Source: Anaeramoeba ignava BMAN
Taxonomy: Eukaryota > Protista > Anaeramoebae
Assembly (NCBI GenBank): GCA_028826165.1
Contig: JAPDFW010000085.1
Span: 1 to 64,000 of the forward strand
DNA length: 64,000 nucleotides
Direction of reading: 5' to 3'
Shown: positions 56,343-64,000 of the stretch, piece by piece
How the letters are laid out: every line of letters starts with the position of its first letter
Position numbering within the stretch: position 1 is the first letter of the stretch
Translations under genes and position numbers: made by a program
Notes under the pieces: model-generated
Databases searched by the model: none
The model's input: only the letters and a program-made list of their open reading frames with translations
Told to the model about the DNA's origin: nothing

Positions 56343-59300
56343 TCAAATCTGGAAAAAAAACTTTGATGAAGGAGGAAGTTGAGTTGTAAGTAATCTAATA
56401 AAATTCAAATCAACTGTTGTTTGATATTTTTGTTGAATCCATTTAACAACAACTCTTTCAAGAGAATCTTTTGATTTTGTTTGAATCAAAAATTTATGTT
56501 TCTTAACAACAGGATTGCTCTCATTAAGAAGAGCATAAAAAAATAAACAAGTCCATAAAGGATCGCCTAAAGAATTTTGTGATAAATTTGGAAGAGAATT
56601 TGTAATGTCTTCAAAATCAGAATCAGAAAAATCAAATTCACTTTTTTCATATTCACTAAATACTGGAAATGATGGAGTTGTTGGAACTTTTCTCATCATT
56701 GGATTTATTTGATTTTGATTTTGATTTTGATTTTGGTTTTTTTTCTTTTTCTTTTTCTTTTTATCCTTTTTTTTCTTTTCAATTTCTTGAATTTCTTGAA
56801 TTTCTTGGAAATCAAATTCACTAAAAGAAACATCTTTTGATTTTGAACGAACTTTGAATATAAAACTTGAATCGGAATCAGAATCAAAATTCATTTTCAA
56901 ATCCGGAACAGAAATCATGATTGGAGATTCAACAAAGGATTTGCGATTTGATTCTCTTGTAAATTGAAGATCTTCATCAAATCTTTTTTTTTGATTTTGA
57001 AGAAAATCAATCACAGAATCATTGATTGCAACAGCAAGTGCACGAACCCAAGTTTCAATGATTTTCTGACTCTCGCTCCCAAAAACAAATGTGCCTTGAG
57101 GAGTAGTCATTTTGAATGTGTATTGAATAGGCCCTTTGTTATTTAAAGGAACAATTGGATGTAAAAATATTTTCATTGTTGAAAGTCGATATTGAACTTG
57201 GAAAAATGTTTGCTTGCTTGTTTTGCACACAAGAAGCATATCGCTGAAAAGAAACAAATAGCGCGGTGAAAATGTTGTGTTCGGATTCAAAATAGGAAGC
57301 TCAGGAACAAGTGCGTTTTGGATCGCTATTGAATGAACTTTGCGAAGTTTTTTTGCATAAAATTTTTGTATTGATTGCTTGTCAACTTTTTCTTGATTGA
57401 GTTTTTGTGTGAATTTTGGATCGATGTTTGCTTCAGGAACAAAAATCGGATTTGTAGTTGTTTGCTGTTGATTGTTGTTGTTGTTTGTGGTATTTGATTC
57501 GCTTTGTTGTTTCCAGTTTTGAGGATCACTGATCGAATCAGAACACAAAGAAACACCATCATGTGAATGAGAAAGATGATAGTGGTTCGTTGGTGAGCGA
57601 AGTAGTGTTTTTTGACTATAATAAGACTGGGTCAACATGTGATTTTTTGGTAGATGCGTATTTGTTCTTTTTTGAGATTGATGAATTTGTTGTTGGTTCA
57701 GATTTTGTATATTTTGTGGTATGTGTTGATTGAAATCAATCAAATAAAGAACACCTTCAAGTCGGAATTTGCGTGATTTGCTCCCACTCAGATTGATATT
57801 TGTTCCCGAAATCATTTTCTGGATATTCTCAATTTTGAACGAATCTTCGTACTTTCTTTTTGTTTCGTTGATATTGTTTGCATATTCTTTCATTAATGTC
57901 AAAGCATTTTGAAGTGAAGAATAATCGGGATGATCTTCCGGAGTTGATTTCAGAACCTCCTTGGAGAAGAAGAGGGTATTGAGCTATGCGTTGTACCGGC
58001 TTTATCAAGACTGAATCCAGTGAGAGCTTTTCTTGGCTCATCCCAATCGATGTTGTTTTGCTGAGATTTGCGAATGGATTGTTTCCTGACATTTTCCGTT
58101 TTATTGTATTTTTTAGCATTTCATAATTCAGGTTAAAATCGGCGTATTTTGTCATTGTTGGCGCAAAATCAGTCATAACATCTCCAATCCCAACATCATA
58201 ATTCCAGTTCGCAATTTTTAATTCAAATTGGTTAAGCAAACTTACATTAGCGTTAACAATTTGTTCCACATTTTCCAAAAGTGGTAAAATATCTTCGTTT
58301 TGAGAAAAAGTCTTCATCAAAGGAACGATAACAATATCAAGAAGATCTTTGATTGAAAAGACATAATTCCGCTCAGTTTCTACAAGCTCGAGAATTGATG
58401 ATACCCGTTGAAACTCTTTATTCACAAGCTCTTTACAAGGTGAATTGTATTTTGTCGCCAGTATATGAGGACGCTCTTCGGGATGAGGAAGCAATAGATC
58501 CGCGCCTGCTTGCAGAAGACGTTTGCAGATCGCAACATCTCCCCATTGAACTGCAAGATGGAGCGGATACTCCCTTTTTTTGTTCATAACGTTTGGATTT
58601 TCTGTCTTTTCAAGAATAATTTCAAATATTTTCGGATTTTTGGAACTGAGCGCGTAATGCAGATATGTATTTCCTTCTGAATCAATGATATCCATCAGGT
58701 AATTTTCGCTGATTAACTTCTTGACATTTTCTTCATCCGTTGATAAAATGGCTTCTTTTAAAGGCGATGGACTTCCCTTTAAAAGTAGATATTCTGCTAT
58801 TTTTTCATGCCAATCCTTGTTTGCCAAATCAAATGGTATTTTTCCATGAAGATCTTTAATTGCAAGATCAGCTCCAAAATTAACAAGCAATTTGACACAT
58901 TCAAAATGTCGATTTGAACTGGCCAAATGAAGTGGTGTTTTTTGTTGATCATTTTGACAGTCAATTTTGGCTCCTTTTGTGATTAAGAATTTCAAACTCA
59001 ATATCTGACCATTTCCTGCAGCCAAATGAAGAGCAGTCCAACCGTTGGAATTAAAAGCATCAATATTGGTGCTTATCAATTGGATCCATGAAAGAAACTT
59101 GGGTTTTGAGAACATGACAGCATAATGCAAAGTTGTATTTCCTTTATGGTCGGTTAAATTGACATCAAGTCCCGAATTTAGCAAAGTTTTAAAGCATCCT
59201 AAATTCTTGTTGAATTTGATACACAGATGAAGCGGTGGGATTTTATCTGCTGTTGGTTTGACTTCAATTCCTTTTTCAATCAAATTTTGCAGTATTTCTG

Positions 59301-62300
59301 CTTGCTCTTCTTCAATCGCATAATGAAGTGCATTATTCCCTTCTTTATCGTTTAAATTGATGTTGGAATTTTTCTTGATGAGAAGCTTTGCAGTTTCTAT
59401 TTGGTGTTTTTTTATTGCCAACATGAGGAATGATCTTCCTTTGGAATCCTGAATATTGAGATTAACTGGGATTTTTGTTTGTGAAGTAAGAAGCATAAAA
59501 ATAACTTGGATATGTCCATTTTGGATTGCTATTCCAAGTGGTGTTTGATTTTCTGAGTCAAGCAAGTTTGGATTTGCTCCAAATTTCAAGAGTTCGCCAA
59601 TCATCACTGAATTTCCAGTTTTGGAACATAAATGAAGCGGTGTTATTTGTTGATGATTTGTTGGGTTGATATCAACCAATGATTTTTCAAGTATGATTTT
59701 TGCTATATCATCTTGATTTTGAAGAATTGCTGTGTGTAAAAATGTGTTTCCTTCAAGATCTTGGAAAGAGAAATCGGGGTTTTGCTGAAGCAATAAATTA
59801 AATATTTGTACTTTTCCTTCGTTGATTGATAAACTTAAAGGTGAACATTTTGTTCGATCAATAGAATTGATTTGATTTTTTTTTTTGAGAAGTTCTTTAA
59901 CAATTTTAATGTTTCCTTTTTGTATTGAGAGGTGAAGAGGTCTATTTCCTTCTAGATCAAAATCTAATTTTGGATATTTTAATTTGAATATTTTAATTTG
60001 AATATTTATTTTAAATATTTTATTTGGATATTTAATTTGAATATTTTATTTAAATATTTAATTTGAATATTTAATTTGAATATTTTAATTTGAATATTTT
60101 AATTTGAATATTTTAATTTAAATATTTTTAATTTGAATATTTATTTGAATATTTTTAATTTAAATATTTTTAATTTGAATATTTTTAATTTAAATATTTT
60201 AATTTGAATATTTTTAATTTGAATATTTTTAATTTGAATATTTTAATTTGAATATTTTAATTTGAATATTTTAATTTGAATATTTAATTTGAATATTTAA
60301 TTTGAATATTTAATTTGAATATTTATTTGAATATTTAATTTGGATATTTAATTTGAATATTTATTTTAATATTTAATTTGGATATTTAATTTGGATATTT
60401 ATTTTAAATATTTTTAAATATTTTATTTTAAATATTTTAATTTGAATATTTTTAATTTGAATATTTATTTAAATATTTATTTTATACCATCAAAATCCAT
60501 TTCTTTTTCCTTGTCTTTTTCCTTGTCTGTTTCCCTTTCTTTATACTTTAAAAAACTTCTAATTTTTTTAATATTTCCTTGTTTAATCATTTCATGTAAA
60601 GGAAACTGAGGAGAATTTTTTTGTAAATAATTGCAAATTTCGAAAAAATTATTTCTTTCAGCTTCAACATAAGGAGTTAAATAATTTTCATCAACAACAT
60701 TAACTTTAGCATCATTTTGAACCAAAATTTTCACAATTTCTAGATTCCCACTTAATACTGAATAATGTAAAGCTGTTTTTCCTGCTTTTGACAAAGCATT
60801 TAAATCAATTTTTTCCTTAAATTTCATAATTTCCTTCATCATTTCAACTCTTGAATTTTTTGCTAATAAATGAATTGGTAAAAATCCCTTTTTATTCATT
60901 TGTGTAATTGGAGTTATTTTTTGAATTAATGTTGAAAATGATTGAAATCGATTTTCAGTTATTGCTATATTAATTGGATAATTTCCTGCATTATTAGTAA
61001 CTGAAATTAAAGAAGAATCAGCATCTAATAAAGATTCAATAATTTCTGAATTATTTGAAAATGAAGCCCAATGAAGACAATTCCTTTTAAAATTTGATAT
61101 ATAATTTTGATATAAATATAAATATTGAATATAAATATAAATATAAATATAAATATAAATATAAATATAAATATAAATATAAATATAAATATAAATATTT
61201 AAAATAAATATAAATATAAATATAAATATAAATATAAATATAAATATAAATATAAATATAAATATAAATATTAATATAAATATAAATATAAATATAAATA
61301 TAAATATAAATATAAATATAAATATAAATATAAATATAAATATAAATATAAATATAATTATAAAATATAAATATAATTATAAATATAAATATAAATTATA
61401 AATATAAATATAAATATAAATATAAATATAAATATAAAATATAAATATAAATATAAATATAAATATAAATATAAATATAAATATAAATATAAATATAAAT
61501 ATAAAATATAAATAAATATAAATATAAAAATATAATTATAAATATAAATTATAAATATAAATATAAAATATTAAATATAAATAAAACATAAACAATTATA
61601 AATATAAATATAAATATAAATATAATTATAAATATAAATATAAATATAAATATAAATATAAAATATAATTATAAATATAATTATAAATATAAATATAAAT
61701 ATAAATATAAAATATAAATATAAAATATAAAATATAAATATAAATATAAATATAAATATAAATATAAATATAAATATAAATATAAATATAAATATAAATA
61801 TAAATATAAATATAATTATAAATATAAATATAATTATAAATATAAATATAAATATAAATATAAATATAAATATAAATATAATATTAATATAAATATAAAT
61901 ATAAATATAAATATAAATATAAATATAAATATAAATATAAATATAAATATAAATATAAATATAAATATAAATATAAATATAAATATAAATATAAATATAA
62001 ATATAAATATAAATATAAATATAAATATAAATATAATTATTAATATAAATATTGGATCAAATTTTGATTGATTTTTTGATTAAATTTTTCATTTGAATTT
62101 AATTACCATCCTCTTTGATCTTTAATTTGAAGTTTAGCCTTTTCAGAAATAAGTAAATTAACAAAAGAAATTTTATTAAACCAACAAGAATATTGAAGAG
62201 GAGTTAAACCCGAAGTTGTTTCAGGTAAATTAATATCAATACCAGAACTAATCAATATTTTGGCAACTTCTATATAATTTTTGGCAATTGAAATATGTAA

Positions 62301-62429
62301 GGCTGTTTCTCCTGATCGACTTAATTGATTGATTTCTTTTGGATTCTTAAATTTATTTATCATTTTTTTAACTTCGTCTTCTTTTCCTTTTTCACATGAA
62401 ATTAAAAATGAACTTGTTTTCTCATTCAT
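56343..62429 (-). CDS. Ankyrin-repeat + DH (RhoGEF) + PH domain protein; exons 62107-62429, 60488-61083, 56343-59963 (+1 frameshift at ~57960)
   Basis: Canonical ANK repeats, then DH motifs [10 protein letters not shown] and [15 protein letters not shown]. Removing one base gives [23 protein letters not shown] motif [14 protein letters not shown]...ETWVRAL. Introns 61084-62106 and 59964-60487 are GT-AG and frame-consistent. Confidence 0.87.
59970..60480. repeat. Intronic (AATATTTTAATTTG)n-type satellite
   Basis: Direct reading. Confidence 0.85.
61110..62052. repeat. Intronic (ATATAA)n microsatellite
   Basis: Direct reading. Confidence 0.93.
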
Positions 62430-62768
62430 TGCTTTTTTAAAACAATTTCGAAAAGTGAAAAAAAATTGAAAAGAAAAAAAAAATGAAAAAAAATTTTTTT
62501 TAATTTAAAAAATTTTAATTTTTTTTTGCTTTTTTTTAAAAATTTTTCTTAAATTTTTTAATAATAATTTTTAAATACATTTAATAATTTTAAATAAGAG
62601 AAATAATTCCAAATATTTAAAATTAAAAAGAAATTTGATTTTTCCAAAAATTTTTTTTTTCTTTCTTTTTTTTTTTTAAAAGAAAATAAGATTTAAAGTG
62701 AAAACTTTTTCTTTTTCTTTTTCTTTTTCTTTTTCTTATTACAAAAAAAATTTTATTTAATTAATTAA

Positions 62769-64000
62769 TTAATTCTTTTGATTTGAAATATTTGAAGGTA
62801 AATAACCAGAAAAAGATAATTCAGTTTTTTTCTTTTCTAATTTTCCAGATAAAGTTGTAATATCACTTTGATTTGATTTAATTTGTCGACTTTTTTGGTG
62901 TGTTTGTTGTGAAAAAAAATCCGATTGTTCATTTCTTTGTTCCTGAATAGTTTCAATATATTTTTCAAGAAGAAAAATATAAGTTTCAAGATTGATTTTT
63001 TTTGATTCCAAATATTCTCTTAAATTTTCAGTTAATTCTTCTTGTTCTTCTTTGAATTTTTCAATTTCTTCTTCAGGAATTAATTTTTCTGTAATAGATT
63101 CTATTTTGCTTTGAATATCTTTCATTAATTCATTTATAATTTTTTGGATTTCTGGATCTTCGTTTTCTTTTGAAAGTTTTTTAATTTCTGAAATTGTTAT
63201 TTGATATTCATTTATGATGTTTTTGTAATATTCTTGATATATTTCATGTTCATCAAAAAGTGATTTATTCATTCTATGGAATTCATGATAAGATAAAAAT
63301 TCAATTTCTTTTTCTTCTGGATTATTTTTAGGTTTTGTTTGTTGTTCAAATTCTGTATATTTTTGTGTGTGTCATGTAAATATTCAAAAAAATAAAAAAA
63401 TAAATATAAATAAATAAATAATACCTTGAATTTGTTGAGTTAAAAATATTAAATTATCCGATAAATTGAAAATTGTATCTTGTTGTTCATTAAATTGATC
63501 TCTAAGTTGATCATTTTCTTCCTGAAGGATATTTTGTTCATAATTTTCTTCATGATAAAATTTATTGAGTAAATGATGAAAAGAAGAAAATGGACTTTCA
63601 AAAAGAATTGAAAGATTTCTTTCGCTTTCTTTTTATTTTGTTATTTTTTTTTTCGAATTAAATTCTAAATAATTAACATTTAGTTTTTATATTAATAAAA
63701 ATATTCTTACCTTGTTTTTTAAGAGGAAATTGAGGTTGTTTTTGTTGGATTGTATTTTTCGAAACTGTATTTCTTCTTAATTTTGGGATATTTTCTGAAT
63801 TTTTAATTATATTTAAATTTAATTGATTTAGATTTTGATTTTCGATTTTCATTTTCATTTTGATTTTCATTTTGATTTTCATTTTCATTTTCAGTTTCTG
63901 AAAGTAATAAACTTGAATCATCTACTTTTGATTCTTCTTGAATATGATTTTCAGAAAATTTATCATCTTCATCAGAATCATTTGGAAATAAATTTCCACG
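62769..64000 (-). CDS. Hypothetical coiled-coil protein, 5'-partial; exons 63711->64000, 63425-63628, 62769-63352
   Basis: Two phase-1 GT-AG introns join E/Q/K-rich frames; probable +1 error at ~63843. No family recognised. Confidence 0.6.

Noticed and set aside
1-64000. tRNA, rRNA, transposase or reverse transcriptase genes
   Set aside because: No GC-rich structured segment or recognisable mobile-element ORF was seen.

Overview
Very AT-rich (roughly 20% GC by eye) eukaryotic nuclear DNA with the standard genetic code and GT-AG spliceosomal introns, many filled with AT microsatellites. The style suggests a protist such as Anaeramoeba (Metamonada), but that is inference only. Positions 1-40357 hold a head-to-tail array of 16 intronless minus-strand genes, each encoding ankyrin repeats followed by two BTB/POZ domains where the 3' end is visible. 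Their ankyrin regions are variable and shuffled, their BTB ends are homogenised, and several carry probable assembly frameshifts. Next come two tandem Lag1-type ceramide synthases with an ANK-BTB relic between them, an intron-rich ANK-BTB-BTB-CaaX gene, a KNS3/AT5G58100-like membrane protein, an F-BAR/2xSH3 gene, a 1.2-kb satellite, an ankyrin-DH-PH RhoGEF, and a partial coiled-coil gene. The main finding is in the ANK-BTB gene at 44964-46951: each of its four apparent ~200-260 nt introns hides exactly two 3-nt AG|NNN|GT micro-exons (eight in total). Each pair supplies the two beta-hairpin residues missing from an ankyrin repeat (S-H, N-G, Y-K, T-E).
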